DNA of 64,000 bases from Cycas panzhihuaensis. Its lineage: Eukaryota; Plantae; Cycadophyta. The notes under the pieces were generated by a model, which saw only the letters and a list, made by a program, of their open reading frames with translations, did no database searches and was not told the DNA's origin. The stretch is from the NCBI GenBank assembly GCA_023213395.1, contig CM041465.1, forward strand, positions 152,713,741 through 152,777,740. Reading direction: 5' to 3'. Position numbers and translations under genes: made by a program. Below, piece after piece: positions 52,901 to 64,000 of this stretch (position 1 is the stretch's first letter; every line of letters starts with the position of its first letter).

Positions 52901-54904
52901 AAGAAATGATTGTAAGTGTGCATGTAGAATAGTGGAAGTTATATTCCTAGGAACATAATGACCATTTGCAAGTTTCTTAAGAGTAGCCAACTTTGCTTAT
53001 TGTGGAGAAATTATATATCTTGGAGGGTTATTGAGCTTAGGTATTAGTGTTTAATGTGGCTAAAATTTCCATCTTTCTCTTTAATTTCTTAAGTATAATA
53101 TATATGTTTGAGGTGACACTAAGCTATCTAAGTTACTTGAAACATCCACCTATTACTACTCTAAATGGTTTTTTAAGCCTTAACACAAAGCATTTAAATT
53201 TTAGTAATTTTACTATAGAAAACCATAATGTCTCTTTCATATACTGATGAATTCTATTTTAACCAACTTAAACCATATTTTGTAACATCCTATTATTACA
53301 TCTTATATATTTTTTTATTCATTATATTATATATCTCATTGTACATTTGATCCTCCTAAGTTTCATTAATGATATTATCTTGATTATCCTTTTATTATAA
53401 AATGAGAGCCTAATGAAATACCTGATTATGTGTAAGGTGTGCACCTTGGTACATTTTATATTTTGTAGTATCACATCATGTGACATCATTAATGAGTGAC
53501 ATATGTCTATGCCTATGTATATACAAATGTCTTAAGGGTTAGATACGAAATTTCTTTATTATTAATGTAATAGACTAAGTCTATTAGTAATAAAAAAGTG
53601 TGGTTGAATTGATCAAAATAAAATAATAAAGGTTACATAACAATAGTGAAGGAGGAATTTCTAAAGAGTGGATTTGAAGTGATGACCCTTAATGTCCAAT
53701 TCCTTTTTTATGAGCCCATAGGGTCATTACAGGGGATTAGTAGAGTAATACATGTGCTTACACTTACACATAATACTAATCCTTTTTCAAGAATTATCAA
53801 TAAGGTGGATTAGTCCTAATTATCTTCTTACAACCTTAATATAAAGAAGTTACAGATAAAACAAAGTGGCTAATATAAGAGGTAGTTGACTTATAAAAGA
53901 AAAAGGGTGGAAAGTGATTTATACTTTATACACATTTTAGAATAGCACTTTAAATTTGGGGGGCTATCTTCCTAGTGTGATATTGGTGTTCTTGACTATA
54001 TTGGGTATAATACCTAATTACATAATTACCCTTATGTACACTCTCTCTACATTATATATATTTTATATTTGAGGTTGTGAGCCACATAGAGATGTGTGCC
54101 ACCTCTAGATTGACCAATGAGGTTCTCTCATTGATGGTGAGCTTGTATAATAAGTATGTATATTACCATTTATTCTACTTTAAGTTTTGGTCATTTCTCT
54201 ATATCTTGTGTTCATTTGTACATACTTCATCTTGTTTAAACTTCATTGTTATATCTTTGAGTCATCATCACATCCTTTGTGTATATTACATATTCAAATT
54301 CTAATATGGTATCAGAGCACAAGGTTGAATCCTTAAAGGCATTATTGTTGATCCTTATACATGTTATCTTTTTTTTATCTTTTAGAAATGTTGTTAATTT
54401 TTTTGTTATACCTAATTTGTGACGTGATCATTATTCACTTAAAGAATCATTTTAAGTTATTTGAAGCTAGCTTATGCACATTTTTTATGGGATTACTATC
54501 AATATTTTTACGGGTTATTATGATATTGTTATAAGGATATTTTGAAACATGTGTTAGAGTATTTTTTTAAGCTCTGTGAAGTTTGTTTTAAGCTGCTCAT
54601 AATGGATAATTTGTATGCATGTGACACTAAAATAATATTGCATGCAGGTTCTTCATGGTGAAATCTATATAAATATTTCTTCCTTGTGTAAATTCTAATT
54701 ACTATATAACTATCTCCTTTTTATATTAATGGACATATTATAACAAGAATTATTGACAGTAATTAAGAGAGTCCTTTCTTGTTATTTGGAGGCTAGAAGT
54801 AACTTCACATTAAAAAAGGATTTGTAGATTTGCAGGTAAATAATAAAGGTCAAAATATATATCTGCTCAAGTATGTAACCTCTGTGTTATTATTATATTT
54901 AAAA

Positions 54905-54911
54905 TACATAC

Positions 54912-54968
<57 letters not shown>

Positions 54969-54970
54969 TA
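54905..54970. repeat. (TACA)n(TA)n microsatellite
   Basis: Directly visible. Confidence 0.97.
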
Positions 54971-55122
54971 TGGCCTTCAATATTTGGCCTATAGTTTTAT
55001 GTGAAAAAGAAAAGTGGGGTAGGTTGCCTATCAATCGTGGGTTAAGTATGTCTTCCATCTACCTTGTTGAGGAATGAATCACTTCTGCTAATTCATCCTG
55101 GCCTTTATCCCATTTGAGTTTA

Positions 55123-55218
55123 ATGGATTTTAAAAATGGAACAATACTAGAAGTACTAAACAAGCAAGGAGAATACTATGAAGGTTAGTTCCAAGCTACC
55201 ATTGTAAAAAAATTAGGG
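55123..55218 (+). pseudogene. Possible captured Agenet/Tudor domain fragment
   Basis: MDFKNGTILEVLNKQGEYYEG*FQATIVKKLG, with the TAG plausibly from TGG; resembles F..G..VEV.....G.WF.AT.V. Confidence 0.45.
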
Positions 55219-55380
55219 TTTGAAAACCCTCACAATCTCTTAATCTCTATCTTCTTACTGGCACGATATAAATTTCTTGAATAGAAGACTATTCTTGGGT
55301 TTAATTTGGGACTAGTTGATCATGAACAAAGGCTATTTATAACAGAGATTAGGTCAAAGACCTTCAAAAAGATCAAAAAG

Positions 55381-55770
55381 ATAGTTTACCTGAACATTTC
55401 TTTTTGCACAACCTTAATATTCAACAAGAAGTGGAAGAAGAAGAACACGAGGCCTAATGTAGTGGAGCCAACAATCCTGAGGAGAATGCAGGAGAATATG
55501 TTGAGAGAAGCATTAGAAGAGGCATCTAAGGACGAATCTCTTCATAAATCATGGATCCTTATAGTAGAGGATTCCTCAGCTCTACATCATTCTAAGTCTC
55601 TATCCCATCTTAATGCACAGAGAGACTTCTTAAAGGCCACTGCATAGGGTACAATATAATCTTCAATGAGGAGGATGCCATTCTAAAGTTAGAAGAGGCC
55701 TATACTAGATTTAAATCCATGTATCCCAAGTTTGAGAGCATAAAGAGCATAAACGAGCAGAATGAATCCA
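55381..55770 (+). pseudogene. Captured N-terminal fragment of a plant PLP-dependent transferase / molybdenum-cofactor-sulfurase-like gene
   Basis: ISFCTTLIFNKK...ILRRMQENMLREALEEASKDESLHKS...SKSLSHLNAQRDFLKATA, then (frameshift) IFNEEDAILKLEEAYTRFKSMYPKF; matches my recollection of the family consensus LRKLQENKLREALEEASEDGSL..SRSLARLHAQREFLRATA..FLTMYPKY. Confidence 0.85.
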
Positions 55771-56592
55771 TGGTAGTTATAAAATATTTGATGGAGAAAT
55801 GAATAATGACAACCCTAAATCATAATAGTGAAACTTAAAAAATTAAGATTAATTTTTTTTTATCATTATTTTTTTTTGCACATATTATTATTAACTTTAG
55901 CAAATGTAAATTTTTACAAAATGGTCTTAATATTTTTTTTTTGTTGAAAAAATAAAATTCAATCAAATTTAATGCTATTTTAGGCTAGCCCAACCTACTT
56001 GGTCATAAACTCCTAATCGCATGGAGCATTTATGTGACCTCAGCTAGTAGTGAAATGGGCTCAGCCCTTATTTTTTAGCCCTTATGTAGTCTTTATCATA
56101 TTTTTTGCTATAACTTGGGTTAAGTAGCTTCATTTTTAGTCTTGTCAATTACATTGGATTTGTAATAGAGAGATCTTTTATTTGGCATATTACTTGATAT
56201 TGTTTGGAGTTATTTTGATCTATAAATTTTATCTTAAATTTAAAAGTTTCTTTCAAGCTTTTATTTTTCTTCATTTTTTTAGCTTCTTTAGGCACATACA
56301 CATATTTTTAAAGGCTTCATGATATTTGTTGATATGATATACCCTAAATGGGGGCAATAACATGTACTAAGGTCTTATTTTCTTACTATAGAGAACCCAT
56401 TTTACATTAAGCTTTACTATATGAGAGAGAGTCATTCATGTTATACTTGAGTTACATTTATCTTTCAAGTTATTTATTAACATTATTACTAGTTTTTTAG
56501 CCTATAAAGGCATGATATAAGCCCATGGTGGTATGATGTAAGCCCAAAGAGGTATGCTTTTAACCCATGAAGCAATTTGAGGCCATAGAGCC

Positions 56593-57065
56593 ATTTAAAG
56601 ACTACTTGCATTTTCCATATAAGTAAGAGGTGGGACCCCTTTACAGCTACTCTTACTGGCATTGATAAAACTTTGTACACAAAGGAACATCCTATTCAAT
56701 TGGCAGTTGCTGTGACTAGTGACCCATGTATTCTAGTGGATGGTATTCTATTAATATGGACATCAATAACTAAATATATTATTATAGCAGATTATGATTC
56801 AACTTATTTGAAGACTTGACACTTTCCATTTAAAGATTGCTTACTTTTCCTATATAAGCAAGAGGTGGGACACCTTTACAACTACTCTTTCTAGCGCTAA
56901 TTGAACCATATACGTAAAGGAAGTTTCTACCCAACTGGCAGTTATAGTGGCTAGTTACCCATGCATTCTAGTAGATGGACTTCACTTCATATGAACATTG
57001 GTAGTTGATTATATTATTGTAGTAGCATATAATCTAACATTCATTTGAAGACTTAACATTTATCA
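56593..57065. repeat. Diverged ~235-bp tandem duplication before the PPT
   Basis: ATTTAAAGA...AAGAGGTGGGAC.CCTTTACA...ATTTGAAGACTT occurs at ~56593 and ~56828. Confidence 0.85.
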
Positions 57066-58534
57066 TTTGATGTAATATTTCATTATGTAATTGACTATTA
57101 CAGGGGAAAAATATTAGGTGTAATACCTAATTACATAATTACCCTTATGTACACTCTCTCTACATTATGTGTATTTTATATTTGAGGTTGTAAGCCACAT
57201 AGAGTTGTGTGCTACCTCTAAATTGACCAATGATGTTCTACATTAATGGTGAGCTTGTACTATAAGTATGCACAATATCATTCATTCTAATTTGAGTTTT
57301 GGTAAATTCTCCATACCTTATATTCAATTGTACATACTTCATTGTGTTTGAGATTCATTGTTTTATCTTTAACTCACTATCACATCCTTTGTATGTATTG
57401 TATATTCAAATTCTAATAAACTAAGATTATATTTGTATGTCTATGTGGCTATGAATAACTTGCTTGTTAAGCTTATAATTTTTCTACATATAAGAACTCT
57501 ATAATGGATAAAGTAGAGGGATTTTCTTTACAATGTTGCCATAGTATTTTTTTACATTATAATTATATGAGTTGGACATAGTAAGATACATAAGGAATTT
57601 AATATAAGTATATTGTAAACATAATAAGATTTAATGCATAATGTATTTTTCTTGGTTAGATTCTAATACATTACCATAGTAGGATTCCATGAGTTTTTTT
57701 TAGTATATACAGATGAGTAAATATGGTTTTGTAGTGATGATGGCTAAATCATAAGGTCATCGAGTTTATGAGTCATTCATATGATGATTGAAAAGTTATT
57801 TACTTGTATATTGATAACCTCGTGGTGAGAGTCTAAAGCCTAATAATTAGTACTCCTACATTCATATAACATGCCTCAACACATAGACAAATTCTCGAGG
57901 AAGTCTATAATTGACTAGGTGCAAATCCCTTCTTAATAGTATAATTTTTCTTATGCGAGATAAGATCTTCTATTTTAATTCTATATTAATTCTTATATAA
58001 CACTATGAAGTAATTATTTATCCCATGCATTGATGATGATGCTGTATTAGATATCTATGATTGTATTGTAAAAGGTTATCTTTTATATACTAACTACATA
58101 TAAAATGCATACATATTTGTAGTTCTTCTATATTATTAGCACAATATATTGTTAAACAAACCTATGGTTTTGTTGTTTGTTAGATTTAAAGCTTAAGGGT
58201 CCTATTATAAAGTAGCATCAGAATGAAATATTTCCCCCAAGTTATGGACCTCTAGAGAGGGGTTGTTTCAAAGTAATATTACAACCAATTTTTAATTTGA
58301 CTAATCATGCAACTAAGTATAGGTTAAGAGCTTAGCATAATTTAAATAACACATCTATCATTTTAGAATTCTATTATTTAAGAGGAGGGAGTTAAATTGA
58401 AGAATTCTAAGTCCAAAATATTAGGTAACAATATCTAATTATCTAAATTATAATATCAAATACCCTTCACTCTCTCTTCATATTATTATGAATCTTATAC
58501 TTTAAACACATAGTTATATGTACTATTTAGAATA

Positions 58535-60060
58535 TGTGTAAGCACATAAAGGTTGTTTTTCAAGGATCAACATTTGATATGAGACTTATTATAAATATAC
58601 ATATGATTTTTTGAATAAGATAAAGTTTGGTCATTCTTCCATATCCCCATTTAATATTTTGTGTGCATATTTTATTCATTTGTTAATTATTTATCATATC
58701 ATTCACTCACCTCTCATCGATGGTTCATGTCCTTTTTAGGTCCATTCCATTATTAATTACTTATGTGCATGTCTCATTCTATCATTATACTATTATGCCA
58801 TCCATCTAAAACTTAAATATGATATTAGAATAATACTAAATTTCAACATGGTATGAGAGTTAATGGCTTAATCCTAGAGGTAGTTTAGAGCCTAATTTTT
58901 TTTTTTTTACAACTATTTTCTCATGAATTTAATGTTCATATGAAACCATATTTTGCACCTACTTTTGTAACTAGTAATGAGGTAGTTCTTTGAAATATTA
59001 AAAATATGTTAGAGCTAACTCTTTTGAGTTTTTATGGAAGTTTTTTGTGTAAATTTAAAGCTAAATTTATAACCAAAAAAGTAGGTTTTATGACCTATTT
59101 TTCTTATATAAGAAGGCCTAAAATTGTGTGGCATAAAAATTATTTATTAAGGGTTATAAATATGTTTTTTTTAAGTTTTCTTAAAAGAGAAGGGAAGAGG
59201 CTAAAAATATGCAAATATAATCCTAATTATCCTATTAATACAATATATTATCTCACTAAAAAATAAAAAATGTGGTTATTTTACGACTCATTTTAGAGGT
59301 TGTTACGAGAATCCTATGAATTGGATTTGCTATTAGAATGATGCCTTAGAAAAGGAGGCCATTCAAAAATTGTGTGATTATTTTCTTAGCTGTAGTTATA
59401 TAAGGTGTTATGTTAGATGTTTTTTTAAGGTTGTTATATGTTATGATGGGCTATAGAGTGAAATATACAAGGTTTTAGAATATAAAGAGGCCCTACCTCA
59501 ACCTCAGGTATAAATGACTTTCTCCCCCTATTCAAACTTGGCATAACCATCGTATACCTCTTACTATTATTTAGTAATAGAAATCTCACAAATAAACTAG
59601 ATGGTAGGGATTGTTATAAATGCCAGTCTTAAGGCAACTCATGACCAACTAATGATTCAGGTCCTATAGTGAAATGTAATCATTGAATATGACCTAATTG
59701 TATGATGAGAGAAACTTTAGTACCTACCATTGATACCTCTTCTCTTTATTTTTGATAATGCATAATGCTTATTACCCATGCCATGATGTAATATAATAAC
59801 AAAAATCCCACTAGTTACAATAGAAAAAAAGAGTAAAATGTTGAAGAATCCTCATCTTTGTTAGTATGTTTATAATGTATTTGCTCTACCTTAGTTGTAG
59901 GCTTATTAGCATACCTAGTGAAATCCACTACATATATTTGTGGTAGGTATTATGTCCTATTGAATGTGTAGATATTGAAAGTCTTAACATCTAGTTGAAA
60001 GTCATTACATTATAGTAAGAAATACCCTTATAGAAGAAATACCTTATACACAAAACATTT
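58535..60060 (+). mobile_element. Highly decayed LTR element remnant (LTR end, PBS, traces of Copia integrase)
   Basis: ...TTTCAACA TGGTATGAGAG at 58841-58859; boundaries uncertain. Confidence 0.45.
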
Positions 60061-60736
60061 GTTATTCCATCATCCATCAACTTTATTCTCTAACAATAGA
60101 GCACACACCTATGTATATTTAAAAAAAATGGAACCTGCATGCCCTTAATTGCCAACACCAAAAGAGTGACCATCATCCCACAAAATCCAAATACCTCCAT
60201 GATGATCGACACTATTATCTTGTGAAGAAGAATGACAAGAAACCCTAAATAAAAATTATAAATAGTGAATTTAACTTTAGGACTTTTTCTTTTGTATAGC
60301 TTGTTATTAATTAAATTAAATTTGATAAATTTTGGAGTCCACCATCCTCTATAGAATAGCAACACAATCACATGAAACTATATTTTGACTATCAAGTTGA
60401 TATGAAAGGGGTTAAACAAATGTTTTTTCAACCTCTCAACATTTTCAAGTATATGACTTTATTTTATTCATCATAACTTCTACACATGGAGTTAGATTTC
60501 AAGTCTAAAAGAAGTGCTAGAGAGCTAATTCAGATGCCTACACAATGTCTAGTTATAACACATACTAATATTGCTTTCTAGTAAAAAACTTAGTTTGAAG
60601 TTGAGCCAAGGTATAAAATTATTTTTTTATAAGTTTCTTGAATTATTTGAGGCACTTATTGTTATTGATTTCAAATCATTTTATTATGTATTTTTTATAT
60701 AAATGTACTTTAAATAGGGGATAAAATGGAAATTTA

Positions 60737-61687
60737 TGTAGTAGCTAGATGCGCATCTACGGGATAATCACCTAACTGGGTAGGAATGATGATGATCAAT
60801 ATTGGTATCAAGGATGCAAGTGAAAAAACTAACAAGCGAAGTAAGTACCACGCAGGGCACCCCACGTGCCAGAGCATGAGTTCAGGACCTGTGGATGATA
60901 CCCAACTACCTTGGAGTGGTCCTCTATCTCAAAGAGAAAGAGGGAAAGTAAGAGAGGTAGCCCAAATGGACTTAAGAGGAAGGTCCTCCCACCCTTGGAT
61001 GGCCAGAAGGGGAGGAAAGGAATCCTTAAGGGTTTCCCTATGACGGAGGGAAACGAGCAAAACAAGGTAGGCGATAGCCTACGATGTAGCTAGGATCTTC
61101 TTGGTTATTTGACCAAGCAAATAGAGCCAAGAAGGGAGGAGGGAAGTGAGAATGGATGACCAAAGCAAAATCTCCCTTAATGATTCAGAAAAGAAATAAG
61201 AAAGGAAACAAGAATGGGTATCACGTGTGCAAGCAAACAATACCAAGCAGGGGTGAGTCAAAAAAGGGGCAAGGTAGATTTTGCAAGCCAAGGAAAAGGA
61301 AAGGGCAAATCTCCTATAGGTCCTTTTCCTATGAGAGTTGGGTGTGTGATGTGTAAATATGCAAATATAAGTAAAAGATATCGTTTTCCTTTTTACTTTT
61401 ATTTGTAGCCTACTTAATTAACACATAGATCTTAAATAAAAGTGCAAAAAGGAAAGCAGGGGGCAAAGAGAGGAAAGTATATACCCAAAAGATGTAGTAA
61501 TCGGTGAAAGACCTCACCCACGCATCACATATGTCCTTGTTCACCCACGGATGATTGAGAGGCTTCCTTACCTTCCCCTTTGTGAAAAGAATGCAAAAGG
61601 ATAGGAGCGAAAGCAAAGAGTAAAACAAAGAACCTTACTCGGATCTGAGGGCTTTGCACCTTTGCAAGAACACCACGGTAACCTACA
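60737..61687. repeat. Possible long Gypsy-type LTR (TGTAG...CTACA)
   Basis: Abrupt GC rise at 60737 and inverted termini; no TSD, PBS or partner LTR found. Confidence 0.35.
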
Positions 61688-62699
61688 CACACATGAACTT
61701 ATCCCTTCTAAGAAGGGGCTACAAGAGATAAACTATGTATATGCAAGTATATATAAGTGCTATCAATGTTAGAGCATTAAGAAGAAACAGTTGCTGCAAC
61801 AAGCTCCAAAAACCCTCTCTCAAGTAAAGCTAAACATCAAGCAAAAATAGAGTAAGGGAAGCCTCAGGATGGCTAACCCCTTACTAAATTCTCCACACAG
61901 CTTGTAAGCACAACAAGATAGTGGTAAGGGTCGCTAAGGATAGCCAAGAGATATCAAGAAAAGAGCAACACAGCGTTGGGGAAGTATGCAAGGCACAGAG
62001 TTGCTATGGGCAGCAATCTGTTACACAAACCCTTGCTAATGGCATCAAGGGGTACCCAACAATGTGGAGGATGCTATGGGGGTCTAAACAAGAGGCGAGC
62101 AGACCTGGGATCAGTGCAACAAGGGGCTACGTATGCTGATAGTCCAATGCTAGCCTAGGGCTCAATCTCTCCTAATAATCTCAAGAAGAGCATGAAGTAA
62201 AAGAAGAGAAGGTAGGAAGGGATCACCCTTGGAGAGAAGGACTGAAAAGGGGGGCTACCCTGCCTTACTCTCTTTACCTAGCCGTGGGACTCTTCTCTCA
62301 CTGCTCTCTTGAAGAAAATCAGTGGAGAGAAAGATAGAGCCGAGGGACAACAAGCCAAGAATAATTGAAAAATAACTTTGCAACAGTGAAACCTGAAGGA
62401 ACCAAGCAAATGAGACAAGAAATAGGTCTAAAATGGAGTAACTTACCATAAAACTAGAAGGGTAACTATAAACTTCGCGGTACCATGGTAAACTTCACAA
62501 TACCGCTAAGTTTACAGCGGTGCGAGACCAGAAAGCCAGAATGGCAGGTTTTTGGGCTCTGGGAGCTCTCCAGATGATTTGACAGGCCTGGGAGGGGCTG
62601 GCCCTCCTGTCTAGGTGGTTGAGACAGTCCAAGAAGCATGTGGACAGAGGTAAGCAAACATCAATGAGCAAAGATCCTAGAACGAGGTGCTAAGAGCTC

Positions 62700-64000
62700 A
62701 AGGTCAAGGCATGAATGGATCATACAAACCAAGAGGGACCTGAGGCTATATGGAGACAATGTAGAGGGTTGTATAGTGGCATGGGGATGCCCACCTTGTG
62801 GAAAGGTAGGTCTCACTGGGTTGTCATAGGCTCACGATACGACAGGTAGTATGAACAGGCAACAAAATGCAAAGTAATCATGCAAATGAAGCAAGTAGTC
62901 ATGCAGAGAGGTAACACTTCTGTCAACCTTTCAGGCAAAATAATACAAGTGAAAAGGGAGAAGCATACCTGAGCCTACCTGAGTTGAATTGTTCGTATCC
63001 ATTCCCGGTAGCCAGGAAACACTACCCCCTTGGTAGCAGAGCCTCACTGCTTGGAAGTGTAGTGCAATGGCGAATGCTGGCAACACAATTGTTAGTAACA
63101 CATGTGCATGTATACATATATAAATCATGATCATAACAAGAGACAAGGATGCCAGCGAGTGTCATGGCAGAATGCATGGATATGAGGACAGGGGTGGAGA
63201 TGACATAGGGGCTGCCTATGTGCCACCCAGGAATCGACCAGAAGCTAGAAGGATGAGGGGGTTGCCCCCATCATAAAAGTGCAAAGAGATACACGATGAT
63301 GTTAGGTAAGAGAGATAAGTGAGCAAACCTAGTAATTGCCATAGTTTAACCTCATTAGTAGCTAGCTTTCAGAGGTATGAGCAGATCGTAAGGTGATCTG
63401 CATGATAGCCTGAAACTTAGGTGACAGAGCGACCGGGCAAGTCTCAGGGACAGTTAGCAAGCAGAGGAAGGCGGCACTCAAGGATGAGGCAAATAAGGCT
63501 ATCTGCGTCAGCGTTGAGGGCTTAAGGATTGTGTCAGATGTCGACAGACTCGAAATTAGCCAGTAGAGATCTGGCAGTCGAAGCGAGGGCTCTCAAGTGA
63601 AGGCATCGCACCTGGTAAACCTGGGTGAGATGGGACACTACAACTTGGGAGTCACAAAAAAGGACAATTGATCAGTGATGGAAACAGAGTGCATCGGTGA
63701 GGGCCTCAATAATGGCCATGTACTCGGCTTCGTTATTGGTAGCCTCAGGGAGGAAGATTCTGGAACATAGAAAATCATGTCCAGAAGAGCTGCGAAGAAT
63801 CCAAGCAGTAGCAGAAGGTCCAGGATTACTGCGGCTCCCGCCGTTGGTAAAAATGTGGAGCGATATAGATGATGGAAGAGAAAGCGTTGGTGGAGAAAAT
63901 ATGTGACAATATAAGGGTCAGAGCAAAAGGGAGGCTCGTAAGGCAAGCAATAAATGACTGTGAAGGGTAGGAGGACCTAGCAATGAGGCTACCCAAGGAC
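62700..64000 (-). mobile_element. 3' region of another Tat-type element, same family as 21050-28062
   Basis: Shared blocks CAGGAAACACTACCCCCTTGG and CCATAGTTTA.CCTCATTAGTAGCTA; continues beyond the window. Confidence 0.8.
63480..63880 (-). pseudogene. Additional (archaeal-type) RNase H domain
   Basis: IFTNGGSRSNPGPSA...TNNEAEYMAIIEAL...CDSQVVVSH...NADADSL. Confidence 0.85.

Larger units (their letters stand above)
53999..57418 (+). mobile_element. Non-autonomous LTR element (3.4 kb) carrying host-gene fragments
   Basis: LTRs 53999-54306 and 57112-57418; PBS TGGTATCAGAGC 54307-54318; PPT AGGGGAAAAA 57102-57111; TSD GACTA/AACTA; no retroelement coding sequence recognised. Confidence 0.92.

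Noticed and set aside
51750-53990. Possible further element
   Set aside because: Too decayed to assign any boundary or domain by eye
55306-55647. Functional host gene
   Set aside because: N-terminal fragment only, with a stop and frameshift, enclosed in an LTR element
60786-63146. Cluster of 60-85 aa ORFs on both strands
   Set aside because: Expected by chance in GC-richer LTR/UTR sequence; no motifs recognised

Overview
AT-rich, CpG-depleted land-plant heterochromatin. Tat-type Gypsy elements with an extra RNase H downstream of integrase suggest a non-angiosperm such as a gymnosperm, but that is inference. There is no intact host gene; the window is a nest of LTR retrotransposons. From left to right: (1) 1-3482, a truncated copy of a compound element that recurs at 44657-48200; (2) a Copia RT remnant; (3) a decayed + strand Tat/Gypsy (pol ~7.5-10.1 kb, extra RNase H ~11.5 kb); (4) a very young, full-length - strand Copia (Copia-1, 14575-20426, TSD CTTTT); (5) a - strand Tat/Gypsy carrying an antisense, intron-containing plant-mobile-domain (PMD) gene and a detached archaeal-type RNase H; (6) an old + strand Copia (Copia-3) hosting Copia-2 (30389-38538, TSD CATCT, itself hit by a 322-bp TRIM) and a compound non-autonomous element (42756-50889) that encloses a Gypsy gag-protease-only unit; (7) a 3.4-kb non-autonomous LTR element (53999-57418) carrying captured host-gene fragments; (8) the 3' part of another Tat element. 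The most striking unexplained feature is a ~470-nt GC-rich non-coding module with many hairpins in the 5' leader of Copia-1 and Copia-2. It is well conserved while its flanks do not align, it ends ~133 nt before the gag ATG in both, it shows structure-preserving substitutions, and it is absent from the related Copia-3. It is a candidate large structured RNA (IRES, packaging or dimerisation element). All alignments and folds were done by eye.
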